Shown here: positions 1 to 13,845 of the stretch, piece by piece
Layout: each line of letters starts with the position of its first letter
How positions within the stretch are numbered: the stretch's first letter is position 1
Assembly: GCA_951406725.2 (NCBI GenBank)
Contig: OX597837.1
Coordinates: forward strand, 18,972,001 to 19,036,000
From: Octopus vulgaris
Taxonomy: Eukaryota
DNA length: 64,000 nt
Direction: 5' to 3'
Program-made: the position numbers and the translations under genes
Notes under the pieces: model-generated
Database searches by the model: none
The model's input: the letters and a program-made list of their open reading frames with translations, nothing else
What the model was told of the DNA's origin: nothing

Positions 1-688
1 ACTCAATTTCACTCAGAAAGCAAGAGTCAACCTGAGGCTAGAGAAAATGATGTTTGTCCAAGATGCCATGCAATGGGATCAAACACAGGAATCTGTGTTT
101 GTGAAGCAAACTTTTCAAGCATTTGGCCATGCTGTATCTGCACACACACACACACACACAAAATATACATGTATCATGATGATCATCATTTCCAAACTAT
201 TATGGGTTGGATGGTTTGACAGGATTAGATGGGTCCAAGGACTACATCACACTCCAATTGTCTCTTTTGGCATGGTTTCTGTGGCAGAATGCCCTTCCTT
301 ACACCAACCATTTCACAGCATTTACAGGGTACATTTTAATTTTACATACTAAATGTAAAGACATGAACTGACAGATATCAAATGTATATGCATATATTGG
401 TAGACACTAAAAAATTAATAACATATTTACAAGAACAAAGAAACAATAACAAAAGCATTTCTATAAATAAATTTTCACATTCAGAGATCTTTGCTCTTTA
501 TTTGTATTAACTTTCATACTTAAATAAAGGAAAGGTTAGTTTGTTTTTTATTTTTCTTTAAATACAGAGGATTGTGCTTTTATACATACATACACACACA
601 CATTTTATATATATATATAAATCACACATGCATATATACATACAAGGATATATATATATATATATATATATAGACGTGTATGTGTGTA

Positions 689-736
<48 letters not shown>

Positions 737-992
737 GATATATGTATGTATATGTGTGGGTACAGCTATGTGTTACAGCGTGTATAACAATAAATATTTG
801 AATTCTTTTGTTTATTTTTAGGCATTAGGAAAATACTATTATTTGTCACATGTTAATGTATGTGTGTATGTATGTATGCATGTATTAGTTTTAGCAGGAG
901 AAAAAGGAAAACAAAGAAAAATAGATGGCTCATATGAGAGTAAGAGTGGAAGTAGAGGCAGCACATGGAAAATGACAATTGCTTCTTGAAGG

Positions 993-1220
993 TCAATTGA
1001 ATTTCATTTTTGTTGCAGTAAATCGTTCCATATAATTTTCATATCCTGGAATGTTGTAGAAATCTTTCATGTCAAAAACATTTCCATCAACAGAGAGAAG
1101 AGAAATTTTGGAGTTTTTCATGATTTTTGGTGTGAAAGCAGATATATCAAGACAGTTTTCCAGGAGGCGCAAAACTTTTAGTCGTGGGCAGTCAGCAATA
1201 TCTTCAGGTAATGTAGATAA
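993..1220 (-). CDS. LRRC57: LRRC57 coding exon 2 of 2 (75 aa + TGA)
   Basis: Acceptor tttacAG, then LSTLPEDIADCPRLKVLRLLENCLDISAFTPKIMKNSKISLLSVDGNVFDMKDFYNIPGYENYMERFTATKMKFN*. CPRLKxLRL and YMERFTATKxKF are diagnostic of the LRRC57 C-terminus. In frame with exon 1; total 240 aa. Not present in the ORF track. Confidence 0.93.
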   Translation of the reverse strand, partial: LSTLPEDIADCPRLKVLRLLENCLDISAFTPKIMKNSKISLLSVDGNVFDMKDFYNIPGYENYMERFTATKMKFN

Positions 1221-2081
1221 CTGTAAATGAAAAAATTAAAGAAACCACATTATTTATTGAAGAAAACAAATGCCTTAAATATATTTGGCTTAAGTAGCAA
1301 CATTTTGTTACACACATTCCCAAGCCCTGGAGATGAAAGTTAAGGTGGACTGTGATGGGATTTTATATAGATTTTGAAAATAAAGGAATATCATTCATAA
1401 ATTTCAATTATATTTGCATCAAGAAGTTTGTTTTGTAATTACAAGGTTCTGTGTTCAATCCCATGGTGTCGAATCCTGAGCAGGTGTCTTTTGTCATTTT
1501 GGCCAGTGAATCTAGGTTGGCAGAGGCTTATAAACTGTACCTGAGATTCAAATGGTCACCTTTGTCACACAGTTCATCTGAATTATGTTAAAGGCAGATG
1601 TGTCAGTAGAATACCCAGCCAAATGCACAACAATTTAATGACCACTAAAAAAGACAGATGATTGAATCAAAAGGGCTTCAACAATTTTTTAGGTAAATTT
1701 TATATATATATATATACAAATAGAGATAGGGGTTGTAAGTGCAACCCTCCATGAGATAACATATATCCAATATACTGCTAGTGAAGCACCCAACAAAGTT
1801 AATACATAAATGTTAAGAACTGCGATGCAATTAATTCATTTACTGTATTATATGAGCAAAGGTAAAATGTTTTACCACAAATTAATAATACAAAATAAGA
1901 AAATGGAGAAACACATCTTAATCAATGATCAACTACCAGATAATACCCAATCACATAATTTATTAAACCACTATATATGAACATTATAGAACAAAACAAT
2001 GTACATGAAAGAGTAATATGATACAATAAGTACAGTATGTATAAGTGAATATAAATAAATACAAATATAAATATAAACTAC

Positions 2082-2965
2082 ATCTTACAGCTGTTTCAGC
2101 CATGCAGATATGGGTGCCTCATTATGCTCATATTAGCCATGTGTGATAGGTTAATATCATCATCATCGTTTAACGTCCGCTTTCCATGCTAGCATGGGTT
2201 GGACGGTTCAACTGGGGTCTGGGGGGCCCGAAGGCTGCACCAGGCCAGTCAGATCTGGCAGTGTTTCTACAGCTGGATGCCCTTCCTAACGCCAACCACT
2301 CCGAGAGTGTAGTGGGTGATTTTATGTGCCACCGACACAGGTGCCAGACGAGGCTGGCAAACGGCCACGCTCGGATGGTGTTTTTTATGTGCCACCGACA
2401 CAGGTGCCAGACGAGGCTGGCAGACGGCCACGCTTGGATGGTGTTTTTTATGTGCCACCGACACAGGTGCCAGACGAGGCTGGCAGACGGCCACGCTCGG
2501 ATGGTGTTTTTTATGTGCCACCGACACAGGTGCCAGACGAGGCTGGCAAACGGCCACGATCGGATGGTGTTTGTTACGTGCCCACAGCACGGAGGCCAGT
2601 CGATGCGGTACTGGCTACGGCCACATTCGGATAGTTTTCTTATGTGCCACCAGCACTGGTACCACAAAGATACAAATTCCATTGATGTTCATCTATTTTG
2701 ATTTGGTTTGATTTTGATTTTCACTTGCCTCAACAGGTCTTCACAAGTGTCACAAGAAGGAAGGTATGCACAGGTGGACTGACTACGTCCCAGGTAGGGG
2801 CCACGGGTTATGGCTTCACTAGTCTTGCCGGGTCTTCTCACGCACAGCATACTTCCATAGGTCTCGGTCTCTAGTCATTTCCATGGTGAGACCTAAAGTT
2901 CGAAGGTCCGTTATATAGTTATAAATGAGACACTTACAAAAATATCCCAAGGCCTCTTCAGAGAT
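2082..2965 (-). ncRNA. Type I hammerhead ribozyme motif with very long stem II
   Basis: Minus strand: atct-CTGAAGA-GGCC...[long insert]...GGCT-GAAA-CAGCTG-TA-agat. Palindromic stem III ACAGCTGT; GUA site. Confidence 0.6.
2156..2908 (-). mobile_element. SINE/RTE-tail-type retroposon with (ATG)n tail and an internal 60-bp tandem array (about 4 copies, 2321-2580)
   Basis: catcatcatcgtttaacgtccg... end shared with copies at ~28560-28930 (+), ~31775-32000 and ~36195-36450. The 60-nt unit ttttatgtgccaccgacacaggtgccagacgaggctggca.. explains the repeated ORFs here. Confidence 0.8.
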
Positions 2966-3625
2966 TATGAAGAACAAACTAAATTAAATATGAAAATCAG
3001 AGGAGGTACACCCATACAATAGTGGGTACATACCCATAATATATAATATAATATACACATACATATGAGTGCATATATCCATACTCCTATATATATATAT
3101 ATATATATACATATATATAATAATAATAATAATATACAGCAATATACATACATATGTTCTATATTCAAGGTTACAGTTAGTCACAACAATATATTAGAAT
3201 ATTACAATATAGAAACATACACATATCTATATTCAAATGCAGATATACAAAGTCAATAATTCATTATATTAAGTTACAAAATGCCATTAATATTACTATC
3301 ATTACTATTACCATTGCCACTATTGCTACTAATATCATTATTAATAATAATAGCATTAATACCAGCAAAACAATATATGCATCACGCGGTTAGCAACATA
3401 ATAGCAAAAACAACAACAACAACAATACAGTACCATGCAAAGCATTAAGATCGGCAGATACATATAAAAAGAAAGATGGAAAACATTGATTTACATAGTA
3501 GAAAATTCCACAGGAGTACAAGCGTTTACCCGGACTGATATATATGCAAAGTATTAAATTATGTGATTGAGCATTATCTGGTAGTTGATCATTGATTAAG
3601 ATGTGTTTCTCCATTTTTCTTATTT

Positions 3626-3659
<34 letters not shown>

Positions 3660-3771
3660 ATCCAAACAAGAAAACACAGAAAAAAAGAGAAAAAAACACA
3701 GCAACGCAGGACGTGGAACAATTAAAGTATTATTGACGCTCAGGAAAGAAGGGAAGGGGGGTTTATATATG

Positions 3772-4055
3772 TGGAGGCGCAATGGCCTAGTGGTTAGGGC
3801 AGCGGATTCCCGGTCGCAGGATCGCGGTTTCGAGTCCCAGACCGGGCGTTGTGAGTGTTTATTGAGCGAAAACACCTAAAAGCTCCACGAGGCTCCGGCA
3901 GGGGGTGGTCATCCCTGCTGTACTCTTTCACCACTCTTTCTTCTGTTGGCCTGCTCGCTTAGCTAGTGGGGTGACGTCATTCGAAGGCTAAAACAATGCG
4001 AACGCATTGTGACCAGCGATGTGTAACAACATCTGATGGTCTGGTCGGTCACGTG

Positions 4056-4057
<2 letters not shown>
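3772..4057 (+). mobile_element. tRNA-derived SINE, apparently full length
   Basis: A box TGGCCTAGTGGTTAGG and B box GGTTTCGAGTCCC, followed by a body ending in (TA)n. Confidence 0.8.
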
Positions 4058-4087
<30 letters not shown>

Positions 4088-4110
4088 ATATATATATATG
4101 TATGTATGTG

Positions 4111-4155
<45 letters not shown>

Positions 4156-4278
4156 GTGTGTGTGTGTGTATATATATATATGTGTGTGTGTGTGTATATA
4201 TATATATGTGTGTGTGTGTATATATATATATATGTGTGTGTGTGTATATATATATATGTGTGTGTGTGTGTATATATA

Positions 4279-4328
<50 letters not shown>
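4057..4328. repeat. Compound (TA)n/(TG)n microsatellite
   Basis: Directly visible. Confidence 0.95.
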
Positions 4329-4331
<3 letters not shown>

Positions 4332-4434
4332 TAGCTACGCCGGTACATATTCTAAATTTGGAACAATACAGAGAAGATTAGCATGGACCCTGCGCAAGGA
4401 TGATACGCAAATTCGTGAAGTGTTCCATATTATT
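4328..4434 (+). pseudogene. U6: U6 snRNA retrocopy, near full length
   Basis: ggaacaatACAGAGAAGATTAGCATGGacCCTGCGCAAGGATGAtACGCAAATTCGTGAAGtGTTCCATATTaTT matches U6, including the ACAGAGA box and AGC triad, with about 10 substitutions. Upstream is microsatellite, not a PSE/TATA promoter. Confidence 0.93.
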
Positions 4435-6825
4435 CTGGGGAGCTAAAGAAGCAGTAACTGGAAGTTCCCCTGTGCCAGTGGTCCTACAAAGGAACAGAGC
4501 CCTCACCCCATTAGAAAAACAGAAGTAAAAAGGAAGGACAGAAAACAAAAATAAAGAAGCAAAGGAAGGAAAAGGCAAAACAACCAAAACTGAAACCCCA
4601 ACCCACCAAACAAACAACAGAAAACCCTAAAGGAAAGAAGAAATCTGGAAGGCACCCAAGAACCTGTAAATTTTACCTGCAGGGCAAATTTTGGCATTGG
4701 GAGGACGGCAAAAACTGTTGGTTTGCCCATCCAACACCCCGCCAGAACTACAGGGGCCTTAAAGAGAAAAACTTTACTGAGGAAAGACAAGAAATGTCTC
4801 CCAGGAAAACATTCAGAAAAGAAGTGTGCTCCTCAGATGTTCTGCACAACGCAGCAGCTGAGCAAGAGTCTTTTTTATGCATGTCGCAAAGGATTGTCCA
4901 GCAGCTAATCTGGCTACACCAGGCACAGAGAAGGAACCTTGCCCACCACTATGCAAGACCACCACAGTCAACAGACACGGGATGGCCTCCCCTAACGCCT
5001 GCACAGTCGTCACCCCAATACTTTTACTAAATATTGGGGGCCTGTTGCATCAAAATAAAATCAAAAATTCTTTCCTGAGAGATCTTACTGCATGCAATCA
5101 AGCCCTATGCATAGCACTCATGCAAACCCACCTCAGCCCTGATATAGAGGACGCAGAAGTACATGTACCAAACTATGCCATACTGCGAACAGACAGAAAG
5201 GAAAGGAGCCATGATGGAGTTGCTGTATACATCTGTGATGACCTCACACTCAAATTCGTATGTCATACTCAAATTCGGTATGTGACACTCTAATTGTATA
5301 CATAAGACAACATAATATAGTCATATGCAATACATATTGCCCACCGGATGCCCCAAGTCACATAGGCAAGTTTGAAGACTGCCTCAGAAGAATTAAAGAA
5401 ATCCTTATGAATCTGGAACACCATGTGACCATATTTCTTATGGGTGATTTCAACTTCCTGAACATCTCATACTCTCAGGAATGACTCATTGCAAGCAAGC
5501 ACAGGTGGAGTCCCTGCTCAACCTCACCAATACCCTATTCATGGAGCAATCTGTACTCAGACCAACTAGGGCAATAACATTCTGGATCTCTGCTTCACAA
5601 ACAATATGGACATCATTCATGATGTGAAATTGACACCGACATTAGTCTCAGATCACATAATAGAGCTGTCTATGTTTGGGCCGAAAGTAACCAGAGACTA
5701 AAGGAAGCACTCGAAATCTCTCCAATCTGAACTTCCACAAAGCAGATTGGCACAAGGCCAAAAAAAAATATGAGCAAGATTCCAAAAGAGAGGAAGATCC
5801 TCATGAGACGACGGACGAAGGTTGCAAATCAACTCAACCAACATCCCAAAAGTAGCGAAATGTTCTACCTAAAAACAACACTGATAGAGATAGAAAAAAG
5901 GCTGCAACAATCCTATGTGAAGGAGAAAGCAGGCAAAGAAGCCTGGGTTATAAAAAACATTAAGTCAAACCTAAAGGCCTTCTTTCATTATGCAAAAGAA
6001 ACAGCCTCAGTACACAAGATGGCTCCCTCACAGACAGTCCAAGTAAGATCAGTGAGATACTGAATGACCAGTTAAAAAGTGTCTTTACCACCCCGTTGGA
6101 GCACAAACCAGTGAACGAACCAGTGGATTTCTTTGCCGCGTTACCTATAACCAGCGAGGCAGTTACAATGGAATACATTGACATTAGCGAAGAAGATATA
6201 CTACTAGCCATAGATGAAGTGGACACAAACTCAACTGCTGGTCCTGATGGTTTCCCAGCAATCCTCCTCAAAGCGTGGCAAAACCCCTGAAGATTCTCTT
6301 CCAGAGCTTTCTTACAAATGGCAAACTGCTAAGCAAGCTGAAGGAGGGAATAATATGCCCAATACATAAAGGAGGAAGTAGAGCAGATGCCAAAAACTAT
6401 AGGCCTATCTCTCTGACTTCACACATCAGCAAAGTCATGGAACAGATAGTCAGAGGGAAACTAATCGTATTCCTTGAAAAAAAAATAACTTGCTGAGTAA
6501 TACCCAGTATGGTTTTCGACCAGGTAGGAGCTGCCTGACCCAGCACTTACAACATTATGATTGGGTGTTGAGGCAGTTACTCAACAAATCAAATGTGGAC
6601 GTAATATACCTTGATTTTGCAAAAGCTTTTGACAAGGTGGATCATGGTATGATATGCCACAAACTGTGTGACCTTGGCACAGCTGGAAAACATAACTTCC
6701 TGAAAGATAGGAGTCAGGCAGTAGTGGCTAATGGGGCCACCTCTATGAACACACAAATAGTGAGCGGCTTTCCACAGGGCACTGAGTTGGGACCACTGCT
6801 TTTTATAGTGGCCCTCTCAGATATG
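4435..6825 (+). mobile_element. Decayed CR1-group (CR1/L2/Crack-like) LINE: ORF1 3' part, APE endonuclease and RT, 3'-truncated
   Basis: Frameshifted motifs: LLNIGGL, RTDRKERSHDGVAVY, YCPP, MGDFN (endonuclease); AGPDG, PIHKGG..KNYRPISLTS, QYGFRPGRSC, YLDFAKAFDKVDH, GFPQGTELGPLLF (RT). Ends before YADD. Confidence 0.9.
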
Positions 6826-8095
6826 TATATATATGATAAATTCAAAGTCAGTTTGGGTGAGATTTGAACTCAAAATAACACAGATACTGCCTTTTACCTT
6901 TCCTTTTATTTGGACTGTGGCCATGCCGGGACACCATCTTGAAGAGCTTTAATTGAATGAATCAAACCCAGTACTTACTTTTTCTTTATTAAAACCTGGT
7001 ACTTATGCTATCAGTCTCACCTGCCAAACTGCTACATTACAAGAATGTAAATAAACCAACATTAGTTGTCAAGTGGTGGTGGGACACACACACACAATGA
7101 GCTTCTTTCAGTTTCCTTCTGCCAAATCCACTCACAAAGCTTTGGTGGGCCTGGGGGCTATAGTAGAAGTTGCTATGCAGTGGGATTGAACCCAGAACCA
7201 TGTGGTTGGGAAGCAAGCTTCTTACCACTTAGCAACACCTGTACCTATCTACATACTGCTCCACATTTAGTCCAACACTTTACAGTTTTTGCCACTTTGC
7301 TGACTTAAATGATGGATGACTTCATGTGAATATTTGCAGTTGAGTGTGGAGTCTGCTAAAAGGGCCCAAATACTGGGTGGTGCTGAGGAAAACAAAGGAC
7401 GATGTCTACCATACAAAACAGAACCAGTTCTCTAAAATTTCCACTTAGCTTTTGTCTACAGAATTTCATTTACAAGGCTTTAGTCACCCCAAGGTACCAA
7501 TTCAGTGGGATCAAATTTGAAACCCAGAGCTTTTTTTTTAATTAAATTTCCTTACACCTACAGTTTAGGAAGCAAAGCTTCATTTTACAATGTGATGAAA
7601 GTGAGGCATCTGACATGAATAAAATCACTTCAGATTAAAAACACCCCTGACTAAAAGTGATCCAGATGTGGCTATCATATAGTTATTCTAAACATTGTAA
7701 TCTAGGACTATATCAGCCAATGCTCTCTGTTTCTAAAATTGCAGGGTGTGTCTTGACTGCTATTTCTCACTAGTCACCTTGCACATGTAAGTGAAATAAA
7801 TGGATTCTTTATTGATTTCCAATCAACTGAGCTACCAACTCGTAGTATAATAAACTGGCAGAGTATTCCACAGACATTTGTACCTTGATGTAATCCTTTG
7901 GCAGAATCTGTATGATAAAGTACGTAATAGGGTGGTTCTTTGAATTACATGCACAGTCCATCAGATGGGTTTTCATAATTTCCCTTATATGGTAAAAGGC
8001 TAAGCTAAAAGACACTACCTAATGATGCTACACAGCAGGACTTCATTTTAGCAAGTCGAACTTCTTAACTGTTTGGTGTGTGTGTGGCTATAGAC

Positions 8096-8480
8096 ATAGG
8101 CGTGGCTGTGTGGTTAAGAAGATTGCTTCCTAACCATGTGGTTTTGGGTTTAGTCCCTCAGCTTGACACCTGGGCAGAATGTCTTCTACTATAGCCTTGG
8201 ACTGACTAATGCCTTGTGAGTTCATTTGGTACGTGGAAACTGAAAGAAGCCCGTCATATATAAATCTATTTGTATATCTTTGTGTTTGACCCCACCAACA
8301 GCTTGACAGTCGGTGTAGGTTTGTCACCTTAACATAGCAGTTTGGCAAAAGATATTGATAGAATAAGTACCCAGCTTAAAAAAGTAAGTACTGGGGTTGA
8401 TTTGTCTGACTAAGACCCTTCAAGGTGATGCCCCAGCACAGCTGCAATACAATGACTAAAAGAAGTAAAAGATAAAAGGT
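8096..8480 (+). mobile_element. tRNA-derived SINE of the most abundant family in the window (other copies ~6890-7245 -, 14722-14880 -, 25720-25975 -, 28340-28490 -, 33505-33605 +, 35620-35780 +)
   Basis: Head ggcgtggctgtgtggttaagaag..cctaaccatgtggtt..gggtt, body ggaaactgaaagaagcccgtc, tail gaataagtac..ctggggttgatt. Confidence 0.75.
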
Positions 8481-8774
8481 AGAGTGGGGCACAATGAGGA
8501 GTTTTTACTACATTTTTGACTTTGCGACAAAATATATTTTTTACAAATGTTTACAACCTTACAAAAACTATATCAGCTAAACAAATGACATTCTCTAAAT
8601 GCACTAAAAACATTATAACATAATCTGAACACTATTTCCAAAGATGAACATCATTCTCTTTGACCATATAGAAGACAAATTTAGCCGGGGCAAAATGAGT
8701 AGTATTCTGCATTGATGTTGCAACCTTTTGGCAGGTATTTTATAATAATGATAATGAAATTATTGCATACAGAG

Positions 8775-9548
8775 CTCAGGTGCTGCATCTTTGTCCCAGA
8801 ACACTGAAACCAGAATCTTTCCAGCAGACTTCGGGGTCTGAAACTTCTTGGGATACAGTGAATTGCTGTGGTACCACTCCACTGATTGCTGCTTGGTCTG
8901 GGGGGAGGGTCATAATGAAGTCAAGTTTCATCCATGGTGATGAAATGAACCATAAAATCAGCCTCTCCTGCTGCAAACCAATCCAAAATCTCCTTTGATG
9001 TTGTCCCTCTGATGCACTTCTGATCTATGAGCTCAGGCATTTTGACGCCCACTTTGCAGAACGATGTGGGTGATGTCAACTTTTGCACAGGAAATCCCCA
9101 GTCTCAGCTATGACTTCAGCTGAAATTCAGTGGTTCTTGAGAATCAGGATATGCACAGCATCGGTTTTGTCCTCTATAGCTGTGGAAGTTGGCTGCCCTG
9201 ACAGGGTTTTACCTGTGACCTCGAAACGACCAGTCCAAAACCATGACACCCAGATTTTCACTGTGGAGTAAGATGAGCAGCCATTCTTCAAAACATCCTT
9301 CACTTTGCCATATATTTCCGCTGATCCTTTATTTTGCAAAAAGAGAAATTTTATGACCGCCAGTGCTTCAATTTTACTAAAACCCACTGTAGGACCTGCC
9401 ACTGTGAGCTAAATCAGCAAAATAAAAAAGTGAGATGTATTGTATACCATCAAGATTTTTCCTCCTAAATAGTTGTCCTACCTCCCCTACAAAGGTAACA
9501 GCGCTTTCCTTGAATCCAAGGAACCTTTCATCACCCACCCCCCTCGTT
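8775..9548 (-). mobile_element. Mariner transposon remnant (5' TIR, HTH region and start of catalytic domain)
   Basis: AVIKFLFLQNKGSAEIY..SYSTVKIWVSWFWTGR..SGQP (mariner HTH); frameshifted FITMDETWLHYDP and SAGKILVSVFWD; TIR-like acgagggg..gaaaggttcc at 9521-9548. Confidence 0.85.
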
Positions 9549-10405
9549 CATATAAATATAGCACATACTGCAGTAATTTCCTAAGGTTTTTTTTTTTTTT
9601 TGTTACTTGGCCCATTTTCCTCTCTTTTGGCATGACTAGGTTTGACAGTTGTACAAGCATCACAAACAAATGTTGGTCACGGTGTAAAAATCAATTTCTC
9701 CCGATTCTCTCCCCTGCTTTCCTATTTAACACATGCCAGCCGAAAAGATGGGTGTGAAATAATAACACGTTCGCGCGCGCGCGTATATCTATGTATACAC
9801 ACGTATTGATGTCAGGCTATATACAAAAAAAATTCCTATTAATCGAAGAAATATACAATACTTTTTAGTAAAAGTCTTACAAGGAAAAGATTGACAGTTC
9901 AAGCTTTCTCTTACCAAAAAGCACTTATAGTGAAAATAATCACAACTTAATATACTATAAAAAAAAAAAAAAAAAAAAGAAAAACAGACAACGTTGCGAT
10001 TAGGACGCTTTTCACCATAGATTTGCTAAATTAGTCTGACCCGGGGTTAAACAACAGCTACACCTCACTTCACGCATTGTCTTTCTACACTATATTTGTA
10101 CTGCTCTACTTCGCTATAATCCACGGAATCAATGAACGAGACTACGTGGTCGTTCGACCTGTTAGAAACAGCAACCTAAATCTCCCTCAAATGCCACCTT
10201 TTTGTGTTAAATAGAACAAGGACACATTAGTTAATATAATTCTGCATAACCTTAAAAAGATATTATAATCACAGTAGAAATAGCTTTAAACTAGCGGATC
10301 AAGGTTGACCTGTGCTTGCGGATAAACAATATCGGTTACACACACATACACACACACACCTCTGTTGAATAACAGACGTTTGTGACGTCTGTTAAAATAT
10401 CTTAC

Positions 10406-10900
10406 CTGGTTCTGGTTTAAATTAAGTTCGATAGCTTGGAGACTGTTGATGCTGGAAGGCAGTCGAGTGATATGGTTGCAAGACAAGTTGACAGAGTCGA
10501 GGTTTAGAAGCTGACACAGTTGTTCGGGGAAAACATCAATTTTGTTGTTGGACAAATTAATAGTCCTTAACGCGGTCAAGCTGCCCAGTGAAGCGGGTAA
10601 TCGGGTGAGATAGTTGTTATCAACAGAAAGACATTCGAGCTTCTTTAAATGTTTGAGTTCAGCGTCAGGAAGCTGGCAGAGAGAATTGTGGCTGGCGGTC
10701 AACTGTTTCAGCATTGTAAACTGACCCAGGTCGGGTGGGCACAAACGTTGGAGGTTATTGTTGGACACGTCTAGAGTTCGTAGGGTTTTTGAAAGTTGCA
10801 TGAGCTCTGGAGGCAGTTCCCTCAGTTTACGAAGTGTCAGCTGGCAGGCACCAGTCTTAGAAGCTGTCTCAATGTGTTGTTTGATGTTGGAGTTACCCAT
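10406..10900 (-). CDS. LRRC57: Leucine-rich repeat-containing protein 57, coding exon 1 of 2 (165 codons)
   Basis: ATG at 10900 gives MGNSNIKQHIETASKTGACQL followed by LxxLxLxxNxL repeats, ending ELNLNQNQ at a phase-0 GTAAG donor (plus-strand cttac at 10401-10405). The MGNS start is a likely N-myristoylation motif. Matches the LRRC57 family from memory. Confidence 0.93.
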
Positions 10901-11297
10901 TTCGAAGACGAATATGACGACGAATGAACGAAAAAAGAAACACAAATCGAGGGTCAGAGCCACAAGAAATATTTGGTTATGTAAGGACTAATTTCGGTTG
11001 TCATATGGAAGTCTTGAATTCGTCCTTTTCTAAGCATGAATTTATTCCGTTACCGACTCAACTCGCCATTAAATGTTTGCATTTGACAGTAAGAGTTATC
11101 GCGGCTGTTATGCTGCTGCTGCTGTTTTCTGTTGTCATCTCTCTCTCTCTCTCTCACTTTCTCCTTTATGCGCGCGTTTGGTATATGAATAAACACACCC
11201 ATATTCTCTTCTCTCTTTTGCCGAACCGCTACGTTACGGGGACGTAAACACACCAGCATTGGTTGTCAAGCGATGTTGGGGGAACAAACACAAACAT

Positions 11298-13262
<1,965 letters not shown>

Positions 13263-13308
13263 CAATCATAAATCTCTGAACGAGATGTAAGCAGTAACCG
13301 CACGACGA

Positions 13309-13760
13309 CGTAAAGTATACTAGCCATCTCAATATGGCTAACCACTAAGGGTGGGTGTTACTGTAGCTTTTAGCCCCAGGAGATCATCGTCTTCAGCTGG
13401 CTTTAGGCACACTTTCTGTGCACTTATGGTATTTGCAAAGGGAGGTCATCCCTCTCTCGTAAGCCTAAGTGATACGCACGGACTGCAGTTTCTAGAAAAC
13501 ATTAAATATTTGCAAACAGGTCCCCCTTTCATCGAAAACCGGTGATTGCCGTACGTTGACAAGAGGTAAATACCTAGAAATTGCAGTCCGTGCGTATCGC
13601 TTAGGTTTACGAGAGAGGGATGACCTCCCTTTGCAAATACCATAAGTGCACAGAAAGTGTGCCTAAAGCCAGCTGGAGACGATGATCTCCTGGGGCTAAA
13701 AGCTACAGTAACACTCACCCTTAGTGGTTAGCCATATTGAGATGGCTAGTATACTTTACG
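13309..13760. repeat. Long inverted repeat (~188-bp arms, ~75-bp spacer) embedded in (TA)n; fold-back or Penelope-like inverted end
   Basis: 13309-13497 is the reverse complement of 13573-13760 with about 5 mismatches. Confidence 0.9.
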
Positions 13761-13766
13761 TTACAT

Positions 13767-13841
<75 letters not shown>

Positions 13842-13845
13842 CACA

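Larger units (their letters stand above)
1720..3630 (-). mobile_element. Non-autonomous Penelope-like element with a hammerhead motif and an inverted terminal segment, interrupted by a SINE-like insertion
   Basis: 1888-1962 is the reverse complement of 3555-3630. Split hammerhead core at 2082-2102 and 2951-2965. Flanked by (TA)n on both sides. Confidence 0.55.

Noticed and set aside
2170-2711. Overlapping ORFs with repeated peptides; superficially CRISPR-like periodicity
   Set aside because: Head-to-tail 60-bp tandem repeat with no unique spacers, inside a eukaryotic retroposon; no cas genes.
4328-4434. Functional U6 snRNA gene
   Set aside because: About 10 substitutions including a disrupted 5' stem, no upstream PSE/TATA, an interrupted terminator, and fusion to a LINE.
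10286-10963. 225-aa single-exon version of the LRR ORF
   Set aside because: The track starts at a non-ATG codon upstream and reads through the GTAAG donor. The true start is MGNS at 10900 and the C-terminus is at 993-1220.
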